In this document: positions 48,680 to 57,169 of the stretch, in pieces
Numbering within the stretch: position 1 is the stretch's first letter
Layout of the letters: every line of letters begins with the position of its first letter
The notes under the pieces: generated by a model
Databases searched by the model: none
What the model saw: only the letters and a program-made list of their open reading frames with translations
Told to the model about the DNA's origin: nothing
Translations under genes and position numbers: made by a program
Assembly (NCBI GenBank): GCA_019244185.1
Contig: JAFATB010000022.1
Coordinates: forward strand, 384,001 to 448,000
Direction of reading: 5' to 3'
DNA length: 64,000 bases
Origin: Acidobacteriota bacterium
Lineage (GTDB): Bacteria; Acidobacteriota; Thermoanaerobaculia; Gp7-AA8

Positions 48680-49204
48680 ATGAGAAAGTCAGTGGTCTCG
48701 ATGGTGGTCGTGTTCACGCTCGGCATTGCGATCGGCGCGTTCGCGGCGAAGAAGGGCATCGACTCGTCGCTGTATCGTTCGAAGTCGAAGAAGGAAGCGG
48801 CGCAGGCGCTGCTCGAAGTGGCGAAGAAGCAGGCGGGGAAGGGCAGCTGGGAGCGCATCGGCGTCGGCCGCGTGTACTACCTCGGCGGCATGAAGGCCGA
48901 GGGGCAGGCGATCTTCGATGATGTGACCTCGCACAAGCCCGAGCCGACGGACTGGTGGCGCATCGGCCGCGTGTACTGGGAAGCGGGGGAGTGGGACAAG
49001 GCGCGCGATGCGTTCGAGCGTTCGCTCAAGGCCAACCCGAAAGACGACAAGGGACTCGCGGAGCTCGGCTCGTATTACCTGCTCAAGGGCGATCGCGCGA
49101 AAGCGGAGGAGCTGTTCGACAAGTCGTTCGACCTCGAGTCGGGCGAAGTGTGGAACACCGGCATGATCGCCGGCGCGTACCTCGGCGTGCATCCGCAGGA
49201 ATGA
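48680..49204 (+). CDS. Secreted TPR protein
   Basis: Signal peptide; IGRVY...A..AFERSL..NP TPR patterns; AGGAG SD. Confidence 0.8.
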   Translation: MRKSVVSMVVVFTLGIAIGAFAAKKGIDSSLYRSKSKKEAAQALLEVAKKQAGKGSWERIGVGRVYYLGGMKAEGQAIFDDVTSHKPEPTDWWRIGRVYWEAGEWDKARDAFERSLKANPKDDKGLAELGSYYLLKGDRAKAEELFDKSFDLESGEVWNTGMIAGAYLGVHPQE

Positions 49205-49208
49205 CGCA

Positions 49209-50924
49209 CTAGGGCGCGCCGATGGCGCGCCGCACCGCACGAATGTCGCCGTCCAGCGGCCGGTCGTAAAAGACCGGCCGCGCGGCGCTGCGGATCGTGA
49301 GGTACAACGCGCGCGTTCCTTCGCCGAGCTGCGCGGCGATCTCATTCGCGCGATCGCGCACCGCGGCTTCGAACTGCTGCGCCTGCGCGTTCGCCTCGGC
49401 TTCGTTCGCGAGCTTCGTCGGCTTGTTCGGATCGATGTCGAACGCCGCGCGCCATTCGACGGCTTGCGCCGCCGCGAGCAGCTCGATCGCGAGCACCGAC
49501 TGCACGTTCGACAGCACCGTGCGCAGTTTGCGCGCGGCGTGCGTCGACATCGACACGTGGTCTTCCGTGTTCGCGCCGGTCGGGATCGAGTCGACCGACG
49601 CGGGATGCGCGAGGACTTTATTCTCGGAGACGATCGACGCCGCGGTGTACTGCAGGATCATCAGCCCCGAATTCACGCCCGGTCGCGTGGTGAGGTTCTG
49701 CGGCAACCCGCGATTGTGATGGCCGTCGAGCATCAACTGCGTGCGGCGCTCGCTGATGTTCCCGAGTTCGTGAATGGCGATGGTGAGGAAGTCCGCCGCG
49801 AGCGCGAGCGGCTGACCGTGGAAGTTGCCGGCGGAGTACGCGAGCCGGCGATCGCCGTGATACCACTCCGGCCAGTTCGCGCGGAACTGCAGGTCGAAGG
49901 GGTCGCCTTCGTCGGGGAAGAACAGCGGATTGTCGGTCGCCGCGTTGAGCTCGCGCTCCGCGGTCGCGCGCACGAAGCGCAACGTGTCGCGCGTCGCGCC
50001 GTGCACCTGCGGCGCGCAGCGCAGCGAATACGGATCCTGCACCGCGCCCGCGCGCTCGACGAGCCGGCTGCCGGCGAGCAGCGCGCCGATGCGTTGCGCG
50101 CTCTCGATCTGTCCCGGATGTCCGCGCTCCGCGTGCACTTTCGGATCGAGCGCGCGCGTGCAGCCGGCGAGCGCTTCGAGCGACAGCGCGGCCGCGGCGT
50201 CGGCATGATCGGCGAGCCGCTCCGCGTCGTACACCGCGAGCGCGAGCATCGCCGCGGAGAAGTTTGCACCGTTGACGAGGCCGAGTCCTTCCTTGAAGGT
50301 CGGCTTCAGTTCATCCGCGGAGAACCCGAGCACCTCGGGCAGCTCGCGCGCGGAACGGAGCGTGCGGTCGGAGGTCGTGTAGAAGCGGCCTTCTCCAAGC
50401 AGCGTGGCGAAGAGATGCGATAGCGGACAGAGATCGCCGCTCGCCCCGACCGAACCGCGCAGCGGGACGAGCGGAATCACGCCGCGGTTGAGCATCGCCC
50501 GCACGATCTCGACGAGCCGCATGCGCACGCCGCTGCGACCTTTGAGAAACGCGTTGAGCCGCGTGGCGAGCGCGCCGCGGACGACTTCGGCGGGGTAGTA
50601 GTTTGCGAGATCGTCGGGATCGGAGTTGTCGCCGACGCCGACGGAATGCGAGAGCAGCAGGTTGCGCTGCAGCTGTTCGAGATCGTCCGGCGCGATCGGC
50701 TTGTCTTTGAATTCGCCGAAGCCGGTCGTGACGCCGTATTCGGAGATCTTGCCGCCCTGCGCGTATGCCTCGCGATGCTGCGCGACGACGCGCGCGATCG
50801 CGGCTTCGCTGCGGCGCACGGCGGGCTCGGTCTTCGGATCGATGTCGACCGTGACCGACGGATCGCGGGCGATCGATGCGAGCTGCTCGATCGTCAGCGA
50901 CGCGCCGTCGAGCACGACGTTCAT
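49209..50924 (-). CDS. hutH: Histidine ammonia-lyase (MIO family)
   Basis: YGVTTGFG, LLSH (His-type motif), GSVGASGDL (MIO), QDPYSLRC, GNFHG, NTEDHVSM; ATG overlaps the hisS stop. Confidence 0.85.
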   Translation of the reverse strand: MNVVLDGASLTIEQLASIARDPSVTVDIDPKTEPAVRRSEAAIARVVAQHREAYAQGGKISEYGVTTGFGEFKDKPIAPDDLEQLQRNLLLSHSVGVGDNSDPDDLANYYPAEVVRGALATRLNAFLKGRSGVRMRLVEIVRAMLNRGVIPLVPLRGSVGASGDLCPLSHLFATLLGEGRFYTTSDRTLRSARELPEVLGFSADELKPTFKEGLGLVNGANFSAAMLALAVYDAERLADHADAAAALSLEALAGCTRALDPKVHAERGHPGQIESAQRIGALLAGSRLVERAGAVQDPYSLRCAPQVHGATRDTLRFVRATAERELNAATDNPLFFPDEGDPFDLQFRANWPEWYHGDRRLAYSAGNFHGQPLALAADFLTIAIHELGNISERRTQLMLDGHHNRGLPQNLTTRPGVNSGLMILQYTAASIVSENKVLAHPASVDSIPTGANTEDHVSMSTHAARKLRTVLSNVQSVLAIELLAAAQAVEWRAAFDIDPNKPTKLANEAEANAQAQQFEAAVRDRANEIAAQLGEGTRALYLTIRSAARPVFYDRPLDGDIRAVRRAIGAP

Positions 50925-52345
50925 TCGAGCTCCGCGAGCATCCGGCGGATGCCGTCGACGAGCTCCGCGCGCGGCATCGTGACCTGCCCGGCGCGTTGCG
51001 CGAGGTACTCCTTGCGATCGGCGACCGGCTTCGCGCGCTCGCGTCCCGCGACCATGTCCTTCACGGTGACGATGCCTTCCGCGTGCTCGTTGCCGCCGTA
51101 CAGCAGCGCGAGCGGGATGTCGTACTGGTCGGCGTACTTGAGCTGCTTGCCGACGCCTTTCGCGGTGCCGAGGTAGAGCTCCGTCGGAATGCCGGCGCGG
51201 CGCAGCTCCCACGTCATGGCGAGATACTCCTGTTCGAGCGACTCGTCCATGCGCGCGACGAGCACGCGCGCGGTCGCTTTGCGCTTGCCGATTTTTCCGA
51301 GCTGCGTGAGCGCGGCGAGGAGACGATCGACGCCGATCGACGCACCGACGGCAGGGATCGATTGCCCGAGGAAGCGCATCACGAGATCGTCGTAACGGCC
51401 GCCGCCGAAGACGGAGCCGAACTGCGGCGCTTCCGTGAGAATCGCTTCGAACACCGGACCGGTGTAGTACGCGAGTCCGCGAGCGATCGAGAGATCGAGC
51501 GAGACGCGATCGTCGCCGTAGCCCAAAACGTAGAGGTTCGAGGAGATGCGCTCGATGACGTCGATCTGCGCGGGCGCGTTCTCGACGTGCGCGAACAACT
51601 CGCGCAGGCTGGTGAGCACTTCGCGGCGCGATTCGGATTTGATGGCGAGGAACTGTTCGATGCGATCGACCTGCTCGGACGTGAGGCCGACGCCGCGGAT
51701 GGTGTCTCCCGATTCGTCGACGTAGCCGTTCATCAGCTCGCGCCGCACTTTTTCGACTCCGACTTTGTCGAGCTTGTCGAGCACGCGGAAGACGTCGACG
51801 CCCTGCTCGGCGGAGATGCCCGCGAACGCGAGCAGGAGATTCAGCACCGCGCGGCTGGAGAAGCGGACGAGATAGCCGCCGACGTCGAGCGCGCCGAGGG
51901 TGTCGCACATGCCCGCGATGATCTCGGTGTCCGCGATCTCGCTCACGACGCCGACGGAGTCGAGATCGAACTGGATGAACTCGCGGTAACGCCCTTTGTC
52001 CGGCTTGTCCGCGCGCCACACCGGCGCAACCTGATAGCGGCGGAACGGCCGTGGCAACTCGCGCTCGCTGTACTGCGCGATGACGCGCGCGAGCGGCACG
52101 GTCAGATCGAAGCGCAATCCCAATTCCTCGTGCTCCGGATTCGTGACGCGAAAGATCGACTGCTGCGCCTCGGCGCCCGCGCTGCCCGACAGGACGTCCA
52201 GAAACTCGACCGCCGGCGTCGACAACGGCACGAAGCCGTAGTTCTCGTACACCCCGCGAATGGTGTCGATCATCTGCTGCCGCGCCAGCATCTGGTCGGG
52301 AAGCAGATCGCGAAGGCCGCGGGAAAGGCGGGGAGAGGTGGTCAT
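50921..52345 (-). CDS. hisS: Histidine--tRNA ligase
   Basis: RGLRD, LRFDLTVP, GRYREFIQFD, RGLAYYTG, GGGRYDDL, SIGVDR. Confidence 0.96.
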   Translation of the reverse strand: MTTSPRLSRGLRDLLPDQMLARQQMIDTIRGVYENYGFVPLSTPAVEFLDVLSGSAGAEAQQSIFRVTNPEHEELGLRFDLTVPLARVIAQYSERELPRPFRRYQVAPVWRADKPDKGRYREFIQFDLDSVGVVSEIADTEIIAGMCDTLGALDVGGYLVRFSSRAVLNLLLAFAGISAEQGVDVFRVLDKLDKVGVEKVRRELMNGYVDESGDTIRGVGLTSEQVDRIEQFLAIKSESRREVLTSLRELFAHVENAPAQIDVIERISSNLYVLGYGDDRVSLDLSIARGLAYYTGPVFEAILTEAPQFGSVFGGGRYDDLVMRFLGQSIPAVGASIGVDRLLAALTQLGKIGKRKATARVLVARMDESLEQEYLAMTWELRRAGIPTELYLGTAKGVGKQLKYADQYDIPLALLYGGNEHAEGIVTVKDMVAGRERAKPVADRKEYLAQRAGQVTMPRAELVDGIRRMLAELE

Positions 52346-52350
52346 GAGAA

Positions 52351-52466
52351 GCGGAATGTAGAACGCAGAACGCAGAACGCAGAATGAAGAAAGGGGAACG
52401 ATGCGCAGTCGCGGGGCGACGGCATTTCTACGTTCTTACTTCTGCGTTCTGCGTTCTTCATTCCGC
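52351..52466. repeat. Inverted repeat built from AGAACGC heptamers
   Basis: Arms 52351-52392 and 52425-52466 are near reverse complements. Confidence 0.85.
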
Positions 52467-52484
52467 CGCCGCCAGGCGGCGGCT

Positions 52485-52561
52485 TGGTACCGGGGGCCGG
52501 TCTCGAACCGGCGACCCCCAGATCCACAATCTGGTGCTCTGACCAACTGAGCTACCCCGGC
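52485..52561 (-). tRNA. tRNA-His(GUG), atypical: no G-1, G1:U72, A73, encoded CCA
   Basis: GCCGGGG TA GCTC AGTTGGTCA GAGC A CCAGA TTGTGGA TCTGG GGGTC GCCGG TTCGAGA CCGGC CCCCGGT A CCA. Confidence 0.96.
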
Positions 52562-52656
52562 ACTCGGGCGGGCATGATACTCGGGCACGCAGACGAGGGG
52601 AAGAGGCGCGCTCCGTGCCGTCCGCGCGTGAGAACGCCGCATCCCGCGAACGCATT

Positions 52657-52917
52657 TCAGACGAAGACGTATTCGTCCGCGGCCGCGCCACGCCCCGCGA
52701 ACGTGACCATCGCGTACTGGCGCCGCCGCCCGATGCCGTCGATCGCGGCGATGGTGTACGTGCTGCGCGCGCCCTCCAACAGGCCGGGGGGCGGATCGCC
52801 GGAGCCCACGACGACGATCCGTCCCGAAGAAATGCGCGCCCGCCGCGTACGCCATTGCACCGCGCTCTGGTCGTTGACGACCAGCACATCGCACAACCGG
52901 ACGGCGGGCTCGCTCAT
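52657..52917 (-). CDS. Small hypothetical protein
   Basis: 86-aa ORF downstream of the Crp gene with plausible composition. Confidence 0.4.
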   Translation of the reverse strand: MSEPAVRLCDVLVVNDQSAVQWRTRRARISSGRIVVVGSGDPPPGLLEGARSTYTIAAIDGIGRRRQYAMVTFAGRGAAADEYVFV

Positions 52918-53004
52918 GGTGAAGGCGACAATCTCCGAAGCGTGAGTCCTGCGCCCGCGATGATAGATCAACTTCTATCCGTCAAAATGTCCAAAATTGC
53001 ACAA

Positions 53005-53676
53005 TCAGTCACTATCCAGCAGCTGCAGCGCTTTCCGCCGATGCACGGCGATCGAGCGTCCCGCCGTCACGACGATGCCGCGTTTGCGGAAGCGCTGCAT
53101 GAATACGGTGATGCGCGGCCGCGTGGTGCCGACGATCTGCGAGAGCTCTTCCTGCGAGATGCGCAGGTCGACGCGCGCGTAGTCGCCGTCGATGCTGCCG
53201 AGTTTCTCCGCGATGCCGAGCAACACTTTCGCGAGCCGCTTCTCGGCGTCCATCGTGACGAGGTCGAACACCGCCACCTGCCGCTCGGCGAGCCGCAGCG
53301 CGAGGTGCCGCAACAGCATCTCCATCGCGGAGGCTTTCTCGACTTCCACGAGATAATCGCGCCGCAACACTTTGCGCACGAAGGTGCGCTGCATCGCGGA
53401 CGCGGTCTCGTTCCTGCGGCCGCTGTCGAGAAAACACGATTCGCCGAAGACATCGCCGGCGGCGTAAATCGCGAGCACGCAATCCTTGCCGCTGGCGGAA
53501 GACATGGACAGCTTCACCTGTCCCGACTCGATCAGGTACATGGCGTCGTCTTCGTCCCCCGTGGCATAGATCGCTTGCTGGGCATCAGCGCGCAAGCGCG
53601 CCACCGGCAACGACTCGCGATCGAAAATGTCGCGAAGGGACGGTAGCGAATGGGCGCGGCCGTCTTTGGAAGGCAT
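53005..53676 (-). CDS. Crp/Fnr-family transcriptional regulator
   Basis: MYLIESGQVKL, GDVFGE, ISQEELSQIVGTTRPRI; start uncertain. Confidence 0.9.
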   Translation of the reverse strand: MPSKDGRAHSLPSLRDIFDRESLPVARLRADAQQAIYATGDEDDAMYLIESGQVKLSMSSASGKDCVLAIYAAGDVFGESCFLDSGRRNETASAMQRTFVRKVLRRDYLVEVEKASAMEMLLRHLALRLAERQVAVFDLVTMDAEKRLAKVLLGIAEKLGSIDGDYARVDLRISQEELSQIVGTTRPRITVFMQRFRKRGIVVTAGRSIAVHRRKALQLLDSD

Positions 53677-53959
53677 CTGGAAAAATGCGTCGCGATCGTA
53701 GGCACCACCGAACGCTTCGTCTGTTCAGTATTGGACATGCCTTTCATGCCGTTGCGCATCACGGCTACGCCGCGGAGAAACTCGCGCAAGTTCGTGCGCA
53801 GTACGCATGCGCACTGAATCGACCGCGCCACGCGGCCGACGCGCACACCCGGAGCGGCATCGTGCACCATCACCAGACGGAGTGCCGCAACCCGCGCCGA
53901 TGCGGCTCACGATCCTGCGCACGCTCTGGCGTCGTGGCGCGCTTCGTGTGGTCTACGCG

Positions 53960-54142
53960 AGGGAGATACGACCGGGAGCGCCTCCGGCGGGCCGGCGCGG
54001 CCGGCAGCGCTGAGGGCTTAGCCAGTACGCACGTGCGGCTGCTGTCACCACGCTCGCCGCGACCGCACGTGCGGATAGGCTAGGCCCTCAGCGCTGTCGG
54101 CCGTGCCGGCCCGCCGGAGGCGCTCTGGGTCGTCCTCTCCCT
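53960..54142. repeat. Long imperfect palindrome (REP/MITE-like)
   Basis: GAGCGCCTCCGGCGGGCCGGC...CAGCGCTGAGGGC pairs with GCCCTCAGCGCTG...GCCGGCCCGCCGGAGGCGCTC; outer AGGGAGA/TCTCCCT. Confidence 0.85.
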
Positions 54143-55148
54143 ATGAAGCCACGAAGAGCGCGTCGGCGAACCACGCGCGGGCGTCGGTCCAGAGGTGCGC
54201 GATCGTGAAGCCGGAGGATTGGGCGAGGGCGGCGAGGGTGGACTCGTCGTGTTTGTAGGAGCTCTCGGTGTGGATCGTTTCGGCTTCGGCGAAATCGACG
54301 CTCAGATCGAGGGCGGCGAGGTGGACGCGTTGCGGTTGCGTGCTCACGAGGTGCATCTCGATGCGGCCGAGGGGCTCGTTGTAGAAGGCGCGGTGGGTGA
54401 AGCGGTCGAGCGCGAAGTCGGCGTTGAGTTCGCGGTTCATGCGCACGAGGAGATTCTTGTTGAAGGCGGCGGTGACGCCGAGGGGGTCGTCGTAGGCGGG
54501 TTCGAGAACGTTGCGCGGCTTGCGGAGATCGGCGCCGAGGAGCAGCGCGTCGCCGCGGGAGAGTGCGGAGCGGAGATCGCGGAGCATCGCGATCGCGGCG
54601 TCGGGATCGAGATTGCCGATGGTCGAGCCGAGGAAAAGGACCACGTTGCGGCCGCGATGGGGGCCAAGCATCGCGAGCGACGACGACGGCGACGCGAAGT
54701 CGGCGCGGACGGCGGTGATGCGGAGGTGCGGATAGTCGGCGAGCAGCTCGCGCGCGGAGCGTTCGAGCATCGACGCGTCGACGTCGACGGGAACGTATTC
54801 GAGCTCACGCTGGCGTTCCGTCAGGACGTCGAGGAGGATGCGCGTCTTGCGCGCGGCGCCGCTGCCGAGCTCCACGAGGCGCACCTGGGCGCCGAACGCA
54901 TCGCAGATTTCGCTCGCGTGCGCGTGCAGCACCTCGGCTTCCGCGCGCATCACGTAGTACTCGGGCAGAAAACAGATCGCGTCGAAGAGCGAGGATCCGA
55001 GCTCGTCGTAGAACCAGCGCGGCGGGAGCGACTTGCGGGACGCGGTGAGACCGCGGCGGACGTCGTCCGCGAAATCGCCGGCCGCGACGGCGCCGTGGCG
55101 CAGCGTGAACCGTGACGTGGGCGAGACCGGGACGGCGGCTGCGCACAT
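54141..55148 (-). CDS. egtD: L-histidine N-alpha-methyltransferase
   Basis: KSLPPRWFYD..GS.LF..IC.LPEYY, VELGSG, FLGSTIGN, AYDDPLGVTAAFNKN, IHTESSYK. Confidence 0.92.
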   Translation of the reverse strand: MCAAAVPVSPTSRFTLRHGAVAAGDFADDVRRGLTASRKSLPPRWFYDELGSSLFDAICFLPEYYVMRAEAEVLHAHASEICDAFGAQVRLVELGSGAARKTRILLDVLTERQRELEYVPVDVDASMLERSARELLADYPHLRITAVRADFASPSSSLAMLGPHRGRNVVLFLGSTIGNLDPDAAIAMLRDLRSALSRGDALLLGADLRKPRNVLEPAYDDPLGVTAAFNKNLLVRMNRELNADFALDRFTHRAFYNEPLGRIEMHLVSTQPQRVHLAALDLSVDFAEAETIHTESSYKHDESTLAALAQSSGFTIAHLWTDARAWFADALFVAS

Positions 55149-55216
55149 GGGCGACGTGAATTGTAGCCGGAAGTCCGGCTGGCTAACTTTTCGGCCGCGG
55201 CGGCGTAGAACGCAGC

Positions 55217-55795
55217 ATGAGACGACTCGCCGCCGTTGTGCTCTTCGCGCTCGCCGCCGTCACGCTCGCTGCCGCCGATGATTTCACGCGGATCATCATC
55301 CGCGACGGCGACAGCACCTACATGATGGGCGACTTCTCCAGCAACTCGTCCGCGCGGTACGACACGGCCGCGGGCACGCGGCACTACGCGTGGTTCGAGC
55401 GCGACGGAGAGGCGTGGCTCATCACCGATCCGGCGGTGCTCGCGCGGTTGGACGAGGCGACGCGCGCGCAACGCAGCGTCGGAGGCGAGCAGGGTGCGCT
55501 CGGTACGCGCCAGGCGGAGCTCGGGCGCAAACAGGCCAAACTGGGACGCAAGCAGGCGGAGCTCGGGCGGCGTCAGGCCGCGTATGCAACCGACTCCGCG
55601 CGGCAGCGCGAGCTCGGCGAACAGCAGCGCGAGCTGAGCGAACAGCAGCGGGCGCTCTCCGGCAAACAGCGCGAGCTGTCGGAAAAGCAGCGGCAGCTTT
55701 CGGAGAAGCAGCGCCAGGTCTCGATCGATGTGCATCGCAACGTCGCCAGGATTTTCGAAGACGCCATACGCAGCGGCGCGGCGAAGCGGCGATAA
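55217..55795 (+). CDS. Secreted coiled-coil protein with heptad repeats
   Basis: Signal peptide; repeated LGxxQAE and LSEQQRE 7-mers. Confidence 0.8.
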   Translation: MRRLAAVVLFALAAVTLAAADDFTRIIIRDGDSTYMMGDFSSNSSARYDTAAGTRHYAWFERDGEAWLITDPAVLARLDEATRAQRSVGGEQGALGTRQAELGRKQAKLGRKQAELGRRQAAYATDSARQRELGEQQRELSEQQRALSGKQRELSEKQRQLSEKQRQVSIDVHRNVARIFEDAIRSGAAKRR

Positions 55796-55804
55796 TCCGC
55801 CGCG

Positions 55805-57169
55805 ATGCGCAGACGACTCTCGCTTCCGCTCCTTCTCCATCTCTCTTTTGTCGTATCGCTCGCGCTCTCGGCATCGGCCGCGACCACCATCGCGCCGATC
55901 CCGTACAAGCAGCGCGTCCTGCCGAACGGCCTCACGGTCTACAGCGTGCAGGATCGCTCGACGCCGACCGTGGCCGTCCACGTCTGGTACCACGTCGGCT
56001 CGAAAGACGATCCGCCCGGACGCAGCGGCTTCGCGCACCTCTTCGAGCACATGATGTTCAAGAGCACGAAGCACATGAAGTCGGAGATGCTCGACCGGCT
56101 CACGGAAGACGTGGGCGGATCCAACAACGCGACCACGATGGACGACGTGACGGTGTACTTCGAAGTCGTGCCGTCGAACTATCTCGAGTCGCTGCTGTGG
56201 GCGGAAGCGGATCGTCTGGGCACGCTCAACGTCGACGACGCGAACTTCAAGTCCGAGCGCGACGTCGTGAAAGAGGAGTACCGCCGCGGCGTGCTCGCCT
56301 CGCCATACGGGCGGCTCTTCAACGCCATCCCGAAAGACTCGTACGCGCGGCATCCGTACAAGCGTCCCGGCATCGGCAGCATCGAGGAGCTCGACGCCGC
56401 GACCATCGACGACGTCCGCGCCTTTCACACGACGTTCTATCGTCCCGACAACGCGTACCTCTTCGTCATCGGCGACTTCGATCAGCAGCAGCTCGACGGC
56501 TGGATCGATCGGTACTTCATGACCGTCGCGAAGCCGGCCGCGGACATCCCGCGCGTGCACGTCGACGAGCCGGAGCGCGACGTCGAACGCCGTTACGACG
56601 AATACGCGCCGAACGTGCCGCTGCCCGCGACGGTCCTGACGTGGCTCACGCCGAACGCGGGCTCGCCCGACGCGGCGGCGCTCAACGTGGCCATGGCGCT
56701 GCTGACGCAGGGCGAGTCGTCACGGCTCGAAGAGAAGCTCGTGCGCGCGCAGATCGCGCAGGAGCTCCTCAGCGAAACCGAGCTTCTCGAAGACCGCGGC
56801 ATCTTCGTCCTCGGCGCGATCCTCAGCAGCGAGCACGCTCCCGCCGATGCGGAACACGTCATCAAGACGGAAGTCCGCGCGCTGGCGGAGACGCCGGTCG
56901 GCGCGGCGGAGCTCGAGAAGGCGAAGAACCTCCTCGTCACCGATCTCCTCCGGCAGCGCGAGACCAACGACGGTAAGGCCTTCGTGCTCGCGGAGGCGGT
57001 GCTCATCGACCACGATGCGGCGGACGCGAACAACGGCATCGCGCGCGTGCAGGCGGTGACGCCGGCCGACATCCAGCGCGTGGCGAAGCAGTATCTCGTC
57101 GACGCGAAGGCGGTGGTCATCAACTATCTCGACGAGTCGACCAAGAAGCCGGTCGGAGGTGTGCGATGA
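55805..57169 (+). CDS. M16 zinc peptidase, catalytic subunit
   Basis: SGFAHLFEHMMF (HxxEH); YRPDNA. Confidence 0.93.
   Translation: MRRRLSLPLLLHLSFVVSLALSASAATTIAPIPYKQRVLPNGLTVYSVQDRSTPTVAVHVWYHVGSKDDPPGRSGFAHLFEHMMFKSTKHMKSEMLDRLTEDVGGSNNATTMDDVTVYFEVVPSNYLESLLWAEADRLGTLNVDDANFKSERDVVKEEYRRGVLASPYGRLFNAIPKDSYARHPYKRPGIGSIEELDAATIDDVRAFHTTFYRPDNAYLFVIGDFDQQQLDGWIDRYFMTVAKPAADIPRVHVDEPERDVERRYDEYAPNVPLPATVLTWLTPNAGSPDAAALNVAMALLTQGESSRLEEKLVRAQIAQELLSETELLEDRGIFVLGAILSSEHAPADAEHVIKTEVRALAETPVGAAELEKAKNLLVTDLLRQRETNDGKAFVLAEAVLIDHDAADANNGIARVQAVTPADIQRVAKQYLVDAKAVVINYLDESTKKPVGGVR

Noticed and set aside
49209-50924. Ergothionase or Phe/Tyr ammonia-lyase, suggested by nearby egtD
   Set aside because: It keeps the ASG MIO triad, the SH motif and the Glu of NxEDHVSM typical of HAL; characterised ergothionases are MIO-independent.
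45675-52019. Apparent N-terminal fusions from ORF-track starts (45675 DUF5916, 52019 hutH; also 4405 pheT, 10640 lysS, 22953 ABC ATPase)
   Set aside because: The extensions run through neighbouring genes in other frames; internal starts with overlaps or promoter signals fit better.
52351-52466. CRISPR array or His attenuator
   Set aside because: Short heptamers without spacers, no cas genes and no His-codon leader peptide.
52485-53960. Genomic island integrated at tRNA-His
   Set aside because: No integrase and no duplicated tRNA 3' end seen in the window.
53685-54083. ORFs between the Crp gene and egtD
   Set aside because: No recognisable motifs, and they run into the long palindrome.
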